Source: Marsupella aquatica (taxonomy: Eukaryota > Plantae > Marchantiophyta). Taken from it: DNA of 64,000 bases. Under the pieces are notes generated by a model that saw nothing but the letters and a program-made list of their open reading frames with translations, ran no database searches and was not told the origin of the DNA. Made by a program: the position numbers and the translations under genes. The stretch is from the NCBI GenBank assembly GCA_973895155.1, contig OZ316895.1:8234184-8298183 (forward strand), in the 5' to 3' direction. Shown piece after piece: positions 35,890-48,257 of this stretch (positions are counted from its first letter, which is position 1; each line of letters opens with the position of its first letter).

Positions 35890-36110
35890 CCTTTTTTATT
35901 TTATTTTCTTTGTAATTTTAGGGGAGGTCCCAAGCCATAACCCTCTCGCATAGCATAGGCCGGGGGGTTCAAGGTCTCATAATCCCAACCCAACCTTATC
36001 TAGTCTCAAAAATTGAGAATGAGTGTCAAGGGTTATGCTGGCTAACTCATGACCTGGAGTGGGTTACAGGCAGTAACGCTCTCCAGTATTGGCCAAGGGT
36101 TAGCCTCGTG
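35890..36110 (-). mobile_element. Probable tRNA-derived SINE; second diverged copy at ~47150-47350
   Basis: Minus strand reads acccttggccaatactggagagcg..ctgtaac..aggtc (tRNA-like head) and ends in an A-rich tail. The body is similar to 47170-47350. Confidence 0.45.
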
Positions 36111-37674
36111 GGGCAATAATACTGGCACAGTGGTACAGAAATATTTTGATTGTCTCACGTAGTCACGTCCTTCCTCGGGTGAGTTCCGCCGCCATTTTCT
36201 CATGCGGTATTATCATTGGTACAGAACTTATGTGAGGAGTGCTTGACCGTTTGACTAAAGTCTCGTTCCTTTTAGATGTGCTACAGTACTTGAATTACCG
36301 TACGTAATGCCGTAAAGTACGGAAACCGGCTGGTTTGCGATCCGTCCTTTGCTTAATTTCAGTCAACGATCTTGTCTCCTCCTTCGGCACGCACCTCCTG
36401 CCCGCGGGCTGGGAATCTTCTTTTTCACGGGCCTTTCGTCGCTTCACTGGGAGGGCACCCACTGCCTGCCCGCGGGCAGGAGTCAACTACTGTTTTCATC
36501 GCTCATACTTTTCTTTCCTATATTATTAGTCGATAGTTTGTTAGTCTGGGGAAGACTCGCGTCCGGTCAGCCGGCAGACGACAAAAAGTTCGTGTCAACG
36601 ACGCCTGGAGTACATCTGGACAATGTGGGCAGCTCGAGTACTTCTTCTTGTGCCGAATGCCCGAATGGAACAAAACCTGCTGCACAAGCGAACGGAACCT
36701 ATCCGGAGCATCGGAGGTCAGCAGAGCTCTCCTCGTGGCACGGCCTGGCAGCAGGCTGCATGCTACCCGTGCGTGCTGCCCAGGCACCTTTTTTGTAAAT
36801 TTTCTGCCAGACTAATTATGGAAATTCGAAGCTTCCAATAGAATTTCATTTATATAAAAATGTTCGAGTACAAATGGCATCTTGTATCGTTGCTTGCTTC
36901 CCTTTGTAAAGAATCCTTTTGAACTGCTAAGTAATATTTTATCGGATGCATTTATTAAATTAGTAATGTACTTTATTATATAACACTGCCGAAAGGATAA
37001 AATCTCAATAGGAGAAACGATCCCAGAGGCACAAAACACAATAAAGGGAGAAAACAAGGGACAAATTCAAAGAGTCAAAAAACACACGAGCCTAAAAAAC
37101 CCTCTAGTAGGCAACAAAGCAACAGACCTAAAACCCTATCGAGAATGAAGTGGATGGCCTAATAGAGCTGCCTTACTGGGTTTACTCTGTTCTTTGAATT
37201 GAAATTGAGTTTCTTATATCCCTTTCTAATAAATTCTGTCATTTAATCCCCCTTTAAAACAGCTTCCTATCCACGTATTTTTCTTTTAGAATTCTCCCAA
37301 TCTGTATACATTTTCCTTTCTTTATTATGAGTCCCACCACCCATTTAACTATAAGTCCCAGCACCCAATCATGTTCCACATCCCGTAAATGCACCCAACT
37401 GACTTAACTACTATCGTGTAAGAAATGTTTGATTATATCACTTCAAACTGTCATATAGGCATCTAAATGTAAATAATCTTCACACTATAATATGCAATCT
37501 TTAATCTTGTGTGTGGTCTGTTTACAAGAAATGGGATGAGAATGAATCACGGGATGTTTCTGGTGACCATTGGATTTTTCAAAACTTTATTGCGAGGCCT
37601 GCTCTGCCCCCCCTGGCAGAACTGGATGACCATGCCTAGGGAATGTGACACTGCTGCAGGACCGTTACACGCCT

Positions 37675-37697
37675 TCCTAAACCCTAAACCCTAAACC
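37675..37697. repeat. Short interstitial telomeric repeat / telo-box, (CCCTAAA) about 3 copies
   Basis: tcctaaaccctaaaccctaaacc. Confidence 0.65.
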
Positions 37698-37732
37698 TCT
37701 GCCTCCCTCATGCCTGAAGAAGAAGGGCAGAC

Positions 37733-38222
37733 GAGCAAATGAGAGAGGAAACAAGGAGAAAAGCCCCCCCCCCCCCCCCCCCTCACTTTTGTAGGAAACC
37801 AATGGAGGATATTTCTCCAAAAGGGGATTTCCTCCCTCAATAACATTTCCATGCTTCAATGAATAACTTTTCAAAGACTCAACTTGCACTTGTCAAAAAA
37901 AGAAAAGAAAAAAGGCATAAAAGAGCAAATGAGAGGGGAAAAGAGGAGAAAAGGGCCCCCCATCAGCTTTGGAGGAAATTTCCTCCAGTAGGGGGTTTCC
38001 TCCCTCAATAACACTTCCATGCTTCAATGAATTACTTTTCAAAGACTCACCTTGCACTTGTCAAAAAAAGAAAAGAAAAAAGGCATAAGAGCAAATGAGG
38101 GGGGAAAAGAGGAGGAAAGCCCCCCCTCACCTTTGGAGGAAATTTCCTCCAATAGGGGGTTTCCTCCCTCAATAACACTTGCATGCTTCAATGAATTACT
38201 TTTCTCAAACACGCACCTTGCA
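37733..38222. repeat. Tandem repeat ~166-189 bp, ~2.8 copies
   Basis: gagcaaatgag...tttcctccctcaataacacttccatgcttcaatgaattacttttc at ~37733, ~37922 and ~38088. Confidence 0.88.
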
Positions 38223-41030
38223 TTGACGACACATAAGATGTTTAACTAACTTAATTGCCTCCACAGTAATTGTGTGTCTCACTTGCAATTTTCTTGACTC
38301 CCCTCAACATTTTCTGTAGAACACACCAACACTGGGCTACTTATGCATAATACTTGGATCTAATATTTCATACATTATTTGGTGCAAAGTTTAGTTGATT
38401 GTCACATGATGATAGAAATGATAACACATATTAAATTCCATCATGATAGCAGAAGGACAAATGGTGCACATGTGATTGGTATTTAAGTGCCCCTCGCTTC
38501 ACTCACCTAATATTTGTACCTTTCGTCAAGTCACAATTACACAATAATATATTTATTTAGGAAAAATTAAAAATGAAGTTTCTAAGATACAAAGTCATTA
38601 ACGGATCTTTAGAAGACAAACAAATGAAACATGTGGGCTCAGCATCCCTCATTATTGCAATTCTCATGGATCTATTTGAAAAGCTTCTCTCTCACTCTTG
38701 ACCTTTGTGCGGGTGTCAAAGGTTATCCTTAGGTCATAGAAATTTTGAGATCAAGCATTGTGACCCATCTTAACATGAGCTTCTACTTTCAGGGATAAAG
38801 TACCAACAAATTAAACAACTAGTGTCCTTTCCATGTTCTGTTCAAGCATGAGTTTCTTAAACTAGTTGGTTCTCCTGAAATCATGGAACAAAAGAAGCTT
38901 CCTACAGGGAAACATGGAGATAGAAAGTAAGAAATGAAGACGTCTGGGACACTTCTTATACATGGACATGGGTAGAAATGACAATCATGCAGACCCAATT
39001 CTGACGTACCCTGCCATTTTGGATGGTAAGGACAAATGTTACTAGCAAAATTGGACCACATATCTTCTGTAGGTCCACCAAATGCACTGTCGTTGAATCA
39101 GCAATTGCTTTTCATTTCCCTGTTTTGTAGGTTGGCATTTTTTTGAAACCACCAATTCACAATATGAAAAGGAATGGAAAACCATTGGATTCCTCGTAGC
39201 TGAAAGGCAATATTAGGACTCATATTACATATCCCCCTCCCCACTACGTCTCACAAAACAACATAAAAACGGGGCTAACAATTTCCAAAAAGGACTGGGC
39301 ATACCTATTGAATCCTCAACTTTCATCTTTGTTTCCTTCACTGCAAAAACCATCATCCTGGCATAACCTGCCTAACCCCCCTCCCCCCGGATGCAACCAT
39401 TGTTACCTCCTTTGCTCACATTGATTACAAATTCCATTTCATCCAGTACCCCTAAATGCCTCTCCCTTTACTTGTATTTATTTTTGGGAGCGGGTAGGTG
39501 CAAAACCTAGACACTTTGGATGTGCTCAGATCCTAGGTGCTGGCTAGAGTTTTCCCTCCACACTTAGGACACCCACCACGCCTGTTAGCCACTAAACAAA
39601 CTAAATAGCATTAGTGGGATGGGGCAATAAACAATTTGTAACTTATGGCTTTCAATGGATCTGACCAGGGATTTGACCCTCCCTAATTAGATTTGAGTGT
39701 TTATGACCTTTTGATGCATGAAGGTCATGTGTAGCAAGACCAGTTACACTAATGTTTAGACAGCTTACAGAGACCCCAATCCTTTGTCCCTCCTGATGCA
39801 CATTCACACTCCATTCCCAAGAATCCACTGACAAAGTGTGTATTGAGTTTTATTGGGTTCGTGACACCCAGAATATTATGACATGAAAGGTACTCAATTG
39901 CAATTCTTGTTGCTGACTCAATCTCCCCAAGCACACTCTTGTCCTTCGACTCAGAAATATGGTTGTGCAACTAGACAGTTGATGTAAGAGGCCACTTATA
40001 TATATGTTTCTCACATGATCTTCAGTACATTTTTAATCATGCTCACTCATGGCAACTACAAAGTAATTACTGTTGTCCAGGAATTAGTGTTAATGCTAAC
40101 GAACACTAATTTTGGTGAACCTGGTCTTGAATACAAAGTAAAACTTATTCTTTAAGTTTTCAGAATAGTTGTTTTCCACTTTTGATTAAAACATTTGTAA
40201 AGAACGGGTGATCTTGAATTCTAAGTAACCTTCATTTTTATGAAATTTTCAAAATAGGGTCTTCTCCACTATTTTTCCACTCTTGAGTCCAAAGTAACAC
40301 TAAATCATGAGTAGAGCCTGAAATTCTGCTCTCAAATTAGAGAGTTTAAAAACAGTGAACAATATAGTACATTGTTGGCTCTGGTCAAAAATGAGTATCT
40401 AATACCAACACAATAAATAATTAACTCCAGAGCGAGTTTTCACATGTAACTTAATGTACTTCACAAGGTTTCTGGGAGAGGACATGGTGATCAAATCTTT
40501 TCCCAAGTTATAAGGTTTGGGGATCTTTGACTTTTTGGAATTCAAGCTCTCGAAGTAGGTCTCAAAGAAATGATCTAGACACAAACAGGGTCTCGAAGAC
40601 ATGATATAGACACAAACAGCTTCTACCAGGTCCCAGTTGCCATATACTCACAAACTTAATTATGGCATGAAAAAGTGTGGAGCAACCTCCCAAATTAGAT
40701 GACTATCTGCCAGAAAAAAATGAAGGTTTTGGAAGATTGCTACTAGAAGTTGCAGAGCTTTCCTATAACAAGAAAACTCCACCCACCACACTCAACTTGA
40801 AAACAGTAATAATCGAAGCATTCATGATAAGGAAAGCTCTTTCAACGGAGAGTCGAGAAATGTCATCCAATGAAAGGCTCTCGTGACCTCAATTCCTGCC
40901 AGCACAATCCAGTTGTCTAACTAAAGGGTTGGAAGTCAATTTCTGTGTTGCAGCTAAAAGTTGAGATCCGCTGCTTGTAAAGTAAAGAAGTGTGATGGAG
41001 GTTCAATGGGTCTTGAACCAGTGAGTAGAT

Positions 41031-44000
41031 TCAAAGCCCAATTGCATCAAGAAGCTTGAGGTGCTCCCAAATTGGGGCCATGGTGTTTGCAGTAACTAGA
41101 GCACTCGCAGCAACTGCAGGAATGCCTATACCCGGGAAAGTAGAATCTCCACAGCAGAACAAGCCCTTGATGGAAGTGTTATGAGCAGGAAAAGTACCCT
41201 CGCCAGCTCTTATTGCTGGCCCGTAAGTGCCCTGGGCTCGTCGGAGGAACCGCTCATGTGTAAGTGGTGTGCCCACAAGTTTCACTTCACACTTATCTCT
41301 TGAAAAGCCAGGTCCCAATACCTTCTCCACAGCTTTCCATAGCACCTGCATTCGTCCAGCAGTCCTCTGTTAAACTTCTTATTGTTCACATAAGACAGAT
41401 ACTGAAGAGACCCCGGCACAAATATAGATGATGCAACAAATGTGAGATCTCTGTTCCTGCTACAGTAGTTCCACAAGTCCACTTTCTACATCAGGAGGGA
41501 ACCATCACTTGGAATGTACAGTGTTCCTCAAACAGGACATAGAGACCGCGAAGGCACTAAGTCAGTTCAACAACGCGGTTGTGACCTTGTAAAATACAAT
41601 TCACGGTGGAGGCAGATCTTCACATGGATTTATTTTAGTCTAGTTTAGATTTATTTTACGCATGGAAACCTTTTCTGATTGAGCAGTATTCCAATCGGGA
41701 CTGGGTACTTGCACGATATACCAGCGTTCTTATGCAGGAAGGATTACCTCTGATCGCTCTTCCTTGAGCTGTTTGTAAGCTTCACTGCGACGGTCAAGGC
41801 CGTTCCATAGGTGGTAGGGCTCTGTCCCCGGAGTATAAGCATGCAATACATGCTTTCCTTCAGGAGCCAATTTCGGGTCCAGCACACTTGGTATAGAAAG
41901 TAAAACTACATTTTGTGGAGCATCCACTCCAACATCCCAGTCATTCACAACGATGTGATGAATTTCCAGATCTGCAGGTAGATCCTGTGAAATTCTAATC
42001 ATGTCAGATTGTAACTTACACATACAATAGTAAAACAGCTATTAACATGCCTTTGCCGTCATGGTCAGGAGTCCTATACGTCTCAGTTAGAAGCTAATGA
42101 ACAACTACGTGAATTTGTGGACTCTCCTTTCGACAATCAGCGTAATTGCCTGCTTACGATTTAAGAAACAAAGTGTAGATCGCTTACTTTGGCATCTATG
42201 CCAAGATGCAAATGCATGAAAGATGCACATTGGGGTGTAGTAGAAGCTCTACTCTGCAATTCGTCAGGTAGAGCATCCTTGGACAACAGTTTCGCAGTGT
42301 TCCACATATCAGCATTGGTCACCACAGCTTTGCGAGCCTTCACGTACTGCACAGGTTAGCAACCAAACATTGCGGAATCAGACGTATCCTATTACCCCGG
42401 GAGAAGGAGAGAGAATATCAAGGCAAAATGCTTGATATCAGCAACTTTTCTCTGCGAGATACAATGCTGATAATTATGCCGGATTTCCCTCTACGGTATT
42501 TCCGAAACGTGCTAGCATGTGCAGAACGTGAGAAACTAATGATATTCATTGATTGGGTGGGCCCAAGCTACATATATCAAGGCCGGGAGAACGGAATAAT
42601 ATTCCTGGAGCCAAGTGTCCTTTGTCCAGTTTAGTCCAAGAGGATGGTACTCGTTCAGAAAGCGATTAAGTTAGGAACTTCCTCATGCAGGACATTTAGG
42701 GACTTATAAATGACTATGTAAGACACTGAGCATGTCAATATAGAAACTAACCTGACCATTTCGCAGCCGCACACCTACAGCACGCCCTGATTCCACAACA
42801 ATTTCGTCTACGTGAGACCCAGTAACAAGTCGCCCTCCGAACTTTTCCAATCCCCGTACAAGAGCGTCAACTAGAGCTCCTACTCCACCAATTGGGTACT
42901 CAAGCGTACAATCAGGCTTATACCACTCTCCAAACATGTACACCTGACAGCAACCTCCCAGACCCCTTCAGCTTCTATAAATCGACTGATGCTTTTATAC
43001 TATACAAAAGCAAAGAGTTCAATCCCAACGAGTCCAAAATTTAACAAGAAGTCGAAGTCAAATTTACAAAATTCAGTGTACACAGGTCAAGAGAATCAAT
43101 GACATGTTTCAGATATACAAGAACAGAGCCAGGTGAAAGAGAAGCATACCACTTCAGCTGCAAGAGTGCCATCAGCCCTAATGCCCGACAGACAGAAGGA
43201 TAACAAGTCGATCCAATTCCGCACAAAGCGATCGGTTACGCCCGCTGAATCCAAAAGCTCTGAAAATGGGCGAAGTAATTTTGTGGCACTACCAGACGAG
43301 CCGACCTCTATGAATGATCTCAAAAGGCCAGGTGCAAACCGAGCAAACGCAGTTATGACTACGCCCCAGTCACCTCTCAAGGCGGCAGGTGGTAAGGCCA
43401 TTGTTGAGCCATACAGAGGCTTCAGGACCTCCTGCATTATCCAGATAGACAGACAGCAACAGTTGTTAGAATTCCTTTAGGCCTTCAGAATCACCACCTA
43501 CGATGCGCATGCAAAAACTGTTAAAACGTCTCACACCCAGCCAAAATTGGTCAAGGGTGAATGCGTTTCCTTTTCCTGAATTCAATACCATGCTCATCAC
43601 TCCTGAAGCAAAGCCCAACGACAAAACCTATATCGTCACACAGGCACGGTTTGAATGTACATTCAGCATTAATAACTTAGTTCAATTGAGGTAGACCGTA
43701 TGACGCCAAGACGAGCAACCAAATCCTTATGCAAGTCGCCCTGTGAATTGCAGAATGGTAACGACTAAGAGATATCCACAACGGAGAAAACCAAAGCATT
43801 TGCACGAAGCAGGGCCAAGATGATGTGCATCAATCAGACTAATGCAAAAACGGTCATAATTATGTACCTGAAGACTCCGCCAGTCACTGACTGCATTAGG
43901 ACCACCGTAAGTCTCCAGGTCCTGCGTCGACATTAACAACCATTAATAGAAGGCTAATTGAAGTGACATTAGCCCCACTCTCCATCAGGGAAAGGCAACC

Positions 44001-45704
44001 GTCTTACTGACTGAAAGCTAATCAAGAGAAAACAGTGCAGAGTCAATCCATATCTAAGCCATAGAATTCAACTACCGGGGGATTTGTGATCGTTACTTAT
44101 TTGAGTTCCAATTCCCATAAATTTACTTTCACAATCGGTTTCTATGGCTATTAATTACCCACTTTATAAATTGCAGTGGGGCCGATCGTTGAGAGAAAAT
44201 CTCCTTCAGGCAAGTAGACCATCCATGAATCATATTTAGCACACTCAACGTCTTCTCCTAGCGCATCCAGAACCTGTAAGCAAAAACACAGAGGAGTATG
44301 TATAAGAAGAGTTGTACAGCACCCCAGGATTTGACTCAAAAAGGAACTTCTTACAGAATATAGCATTTTTACTGATGGATACTCCATACCGTGTTACGAC
44401 ATTTCATGCACCTGTGCCATGGGATTAGCCAATTGTCCTCGAGAAGAGAGACCCGAAAGCAGAGAGGGCCCTGAGTCAAAGTGGTAGCCTTTTATTTCAA
44501 AGGAATGGGCGGCACCTCCAGGGTGTGTATGACTTTCAAACACTACCACATCTTCACCGTAGCGTGCTAAGAGCCCTCCACAGGAGAGGCCACCCACACC
44601 ACTTCCGATGACGATCACATCGGCTTCCTTAATTCCTGCACCACTTCCACACCCAAGACGACTTAGCATCACACCATCGTGAAATAAGGGTACACATTCT
44701 TTACATCCACTTTGACCAGGAGACTGGTTTCTCCTTATGGTCACCCACGTTCGACAGACGATTGTCAGGCGAGTTGGAGACTCTTGGCAAAGGTTACTCT
44801 GTAATGAATTGCATAGATAATGAAATTATGCCTGCCGAAAGATTGCAGGATCGAAAACGGAGAGAAGGGATCTGTTGGTCGAGATCACCCCTGCCGCAAG
44901 TCCCCGAATGAGAATAGTAAATCAAAAAAAGGCTTGCTCGTAACCGCCTTGCAATGCAAAACCAGGAAAAATGAATTGAACTCGATTGAATTAATGTTGA
45001 TTGAGTACAAAAGCGTGTGGGTAAAATGGTTCACATGGGAATCAATTTGGCCATGGCACTAAAAAATCAAGGTAAGTTTCTCAGAGGTAGTACAACTACG
45101 GTGGAAAGGATTGGACTAATTACCGGAGACAACTTGCACTTGGAAATAAGCACCTAGCAGACATTTCGAAACTGGACACACAAGCCAACAAGTCTAGAGA
45201 GATATTGATTACAATCTGTCTAGAATGCCAGCGAATGTAATTCAACGTCTACGAAGAACAAACAGGCCACAGCAGCATCAGCAATAAAAATTGCATTCTT
45301 CAGAAAATGCACCTGAGAATTGAAATGTTTTTAAATCCACAGATCTCTAATCGGGGCAAGGGACAGACAGATATGAGAAGAGTGCGGGTAAGGAAATTCA
45401 ATTGAAATCATGGTAGTCACCCAAAAGAGAGCAGACCTTCTGCATTTTTGGCTTCCAAGCTGGCAACGACGTTTACTGATAGCTTCTTTTTCCCCCTGCC
45501 CCTGATAGAAGTCGACGAAATGAATCGAACCGCGGGGGCCCCAAGTAACTTCCTGCCAGCTCCTCCTTTGGCCAAAAACAATTCATTTCCAGAGCTGCTA
45601 GGCCGAAGACTACGACCAAAAACCAACGAGGAGGAGGTGGACGTAGCTGCTGTCAGTGTCGCACGGCAGCAAGGAGAGTGGGGCGACGCCCATCGGCCCT
45701 GCAT
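41031..45704 (-). CDS. Plastid CRTISO-like FAD-dependent oxidoreductase (phytoene dehydrogenase/COG1233 family, At1g57770 type), 9 exons
   Basis: Exons (minus) 45704-45437, 44635-44412, 44273-44163, 43921-43868, 43431-43150, 42943-42752, 42346-42188, 41984-41748, 41345-41031. Ser/Arg-rich transit peptide; Rossmann motif DVIVIGSGVGGLSCGGLLARYG; FDSGPSL; GTPLTHERFLRR..GTYGP; CCGDSTFPGIGIPAVAAS. Confidence 0.93.
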
Positions 45705-46269
45705 TGTGCTTCACCTCACTGTCCTCGTTGGTCTTGAGGAGCCTCAGTGAAAACCGCCCGTTGAAGCCAGAGCTACTTCTCCACCTGCATGCACCTCAAA
45801 TCCACCTGCTGAAGTGAAATGCGTCGAATTCTGTCATCCGAATCATGGCAGTCGGCACTTAGTTGGAGTCCTTGATATCAGAATTCATCTCGATGATCTC
45901 TGCCGACGAGCAATGCATCTCACTCGTTCTCAGCTCGCAGACCAGCTCAGCCCAATTGGCTTCAAGAATGGAAGCAAGCTTTTCACAGAACGTGAGAGAA
46001 CTCAGCAGCTGAGCGTCGGAAAATTCCTCACTGGCAGTCTATCTAGAAGTTCGGTTCTGTAGATTTGAGGCCTTGTTTTGTTTAGGAAATCCTTTCCCAG
46101 GTTGTGCGGCATTTGTGGACGGGTGGTGCTATGATTGACACAGCAGCTTCCTGCAAAGGATTGCTGTAAAGTTCTGTTTACATGGGACCGAGAAAGAGGG
46201 TAATGCTTCCACTACTAAAGAGAGTCAGCTTGAAGTTTTCCTTACAGCTCTTTCCTTGGGAAACAATAG

Positions 46270-46830
46270 GGGGTGCCCCATCTCTCAGGAGGTTTGGAAC
46301 TGGGTTCTCTACATTTTGAAACTTGCCTCACCCTCTCAGCCTCTGGCTGGTTTCATTCTGTCCTGACCCGGACCCACATTTTCTTGGAGGTGCAGCTTCC
46401 TGAGGAATGGGACATACCTGTGAAACTATGGGATATCCTTAGAGCCATTGATTGCTAGAAGATTTGGAAGGATATAGGAGTTCACACTTCATTGAACACA
46501 CCAGCTCGGACCCCCATGCTGTCATCCGAAAGTCCTGGCAAAAGGCTTTCCGCCTATATGCATAAGGATTGGGCCCCTAACAGAGGTAGACTTTGGCTTG
46601 GGAAGGCTACTGCCACTGCTATTTTTGCTGACATGTCTTTGGACTACGGGTCCCCCCCCCCCCCCCCCCCCGCGGTGCCTCCATACCTCCATGAAGTGTA
46701 GGTTGTTTTCAGGGTAAAAGTTTGTTTTGTGGATAGATTGATAGGGTAATTCTTGTCAAGGACCCACTGGATGGCCCCCCGCAGGGGCTTCTTCACTGGC
46801 CGGTCTTACCGTCAACCGTCTTGTTTAGCT
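46270..46830 (+). mobile_element. LINE 3'-terminal relic upstream of the CRTISO-like gene
   Basis: Frameshifted peptide GCPISQEVWNWVLYIL...HIFLEVQLPEEWDIPVKLWDILRAIDC*KIWKD resembles a plant LINE ORF2 C-terminus. Confidence 0.5.
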
Positions 46831-48124
46831 GCCTCCCTTTGGGGGCGTTTCTTCTGCCGTGGTGCCAGCTCCCTCGGCTTTTAGCATGTCGACCGCAGTC
46901 CCCCTGGGTGTTGTCCCCCTTTCGTGGGCCACCCTGTTGTACTCTGTCTCTTTGTATTCAATTGGATGTTTCAAGGCAAAAAATAAATTGGGGGTGTCAA
47001 ACCTGCTTTGATCTGCCATTTGGGGAACAATAAGGGTGCCAACCCTCCAACATCATGGTGGTCAGACACTGTACCAAACTGGCGGCAATGCTTTTAAACA
47101 GCCACTAACACTTCTCATACCCTGGTGATACTCGGACACCATAACCCTCTCCTCTCATTTTCCTTTTGTAGTTTCAGGGGAGGTTCCAAGCTGTAACCCC
47201 CTCGCCAGCGTGGCCAGGGAATTCCAATTCTCATAATCCCCATACAGCCTTGCCAAGTCTCAACATTTCATAATTTTATGTGGAAAGAGAGTGTTAGGGG
47301 TCATGCTTGTTAACACATGACCTGTTTGGGGGCCATGGCTGTAACCCCCTTGGGAATCACAGCCATAACCCCCTCCAGACAACGGGTCACCCTTCATATA
47401 ATTAGTCAAAACAAATTGTGAAGGAAGTAAAGTGGGGCGAAAGTGCCTATTTTGTCCTCCTGCAGTTTAGGTGATAGTGGGATTGGGGGGCAGGAGAGTT
47501 TATCTGACTCCTCATGACGTAGGGATGAGAAGCACTCACCTTAATAATTGTGCATATGCAGAGGAAGGGCTCCCTGTACCCTTCCATTCCCCGTCCCTGC
47601 TCACAAGCATAGTTTATATATAAAATTATTATTATCAGAGAAATCACAGCCCACAGCCCACTGCTTCGCTCTAGGGTGTAGGTCATGTAACTGTAACCTT
47701 TGACTGCAAATTATAGTATAGAAGATAATCTTTCCAAATCTAAATCCCTCCTGGTCAATGGCAACAGGATTGTCCCTCACGAGCTATCCTAGTGCTACTA
47801 ATGTAATTGTCATGTTATGGACAACAGTCCAATCTGACAGGAGAAAATTGGACATCCTGTAAGGACCTTACAATGCTGTACAGCATTGGTTCTCATCTAA
47901 TTACTCATCAGGAGTGTCATTTACTACGACTAGCTGATGTGAGCGGAAGCTTTTTACACTAAAGACTAAAGATGCTACTGTTTACAAGAGCCTGGTTTAA
48001 ATGCGAGCCAAGTATAAACTCACTGATTATCTGCTTATCAAGCAGGATGTGGAAAATGATCGCCCCAAGATCTCCAAAATCACAAAAGACAGACCAGACA
48101 GACCAGCAGCAGAGCTAGATCCAT

Positions 48125-48257
48125 CACAACTTTACTCAACTGCTCTTACCTAAGGGTGTGTGTGACTCCCCGGCGGCCATGTTACAGCCACGACAACTTT
48201 ACTCAACTTCTCGTACCTGAGTGCCTGTGTGACTCCCTGGCGGCTATGTCATTGCCA
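48125..48257. repeat. Tandem duplication ~66 bp, 2 copies
   Basis: acaactttactcaact..tacct...tgtgtgactccc.ggcggc.atgt repeated. Confidence 0.75.

Noticed and set aside
41031-45704. Naming the gene CRTISO
   Set aside because: The sequence matches the CRTISO-like paralogue family (At1g57770 type) rather than the canonical prolycopene isomerase, so no symbol is given.
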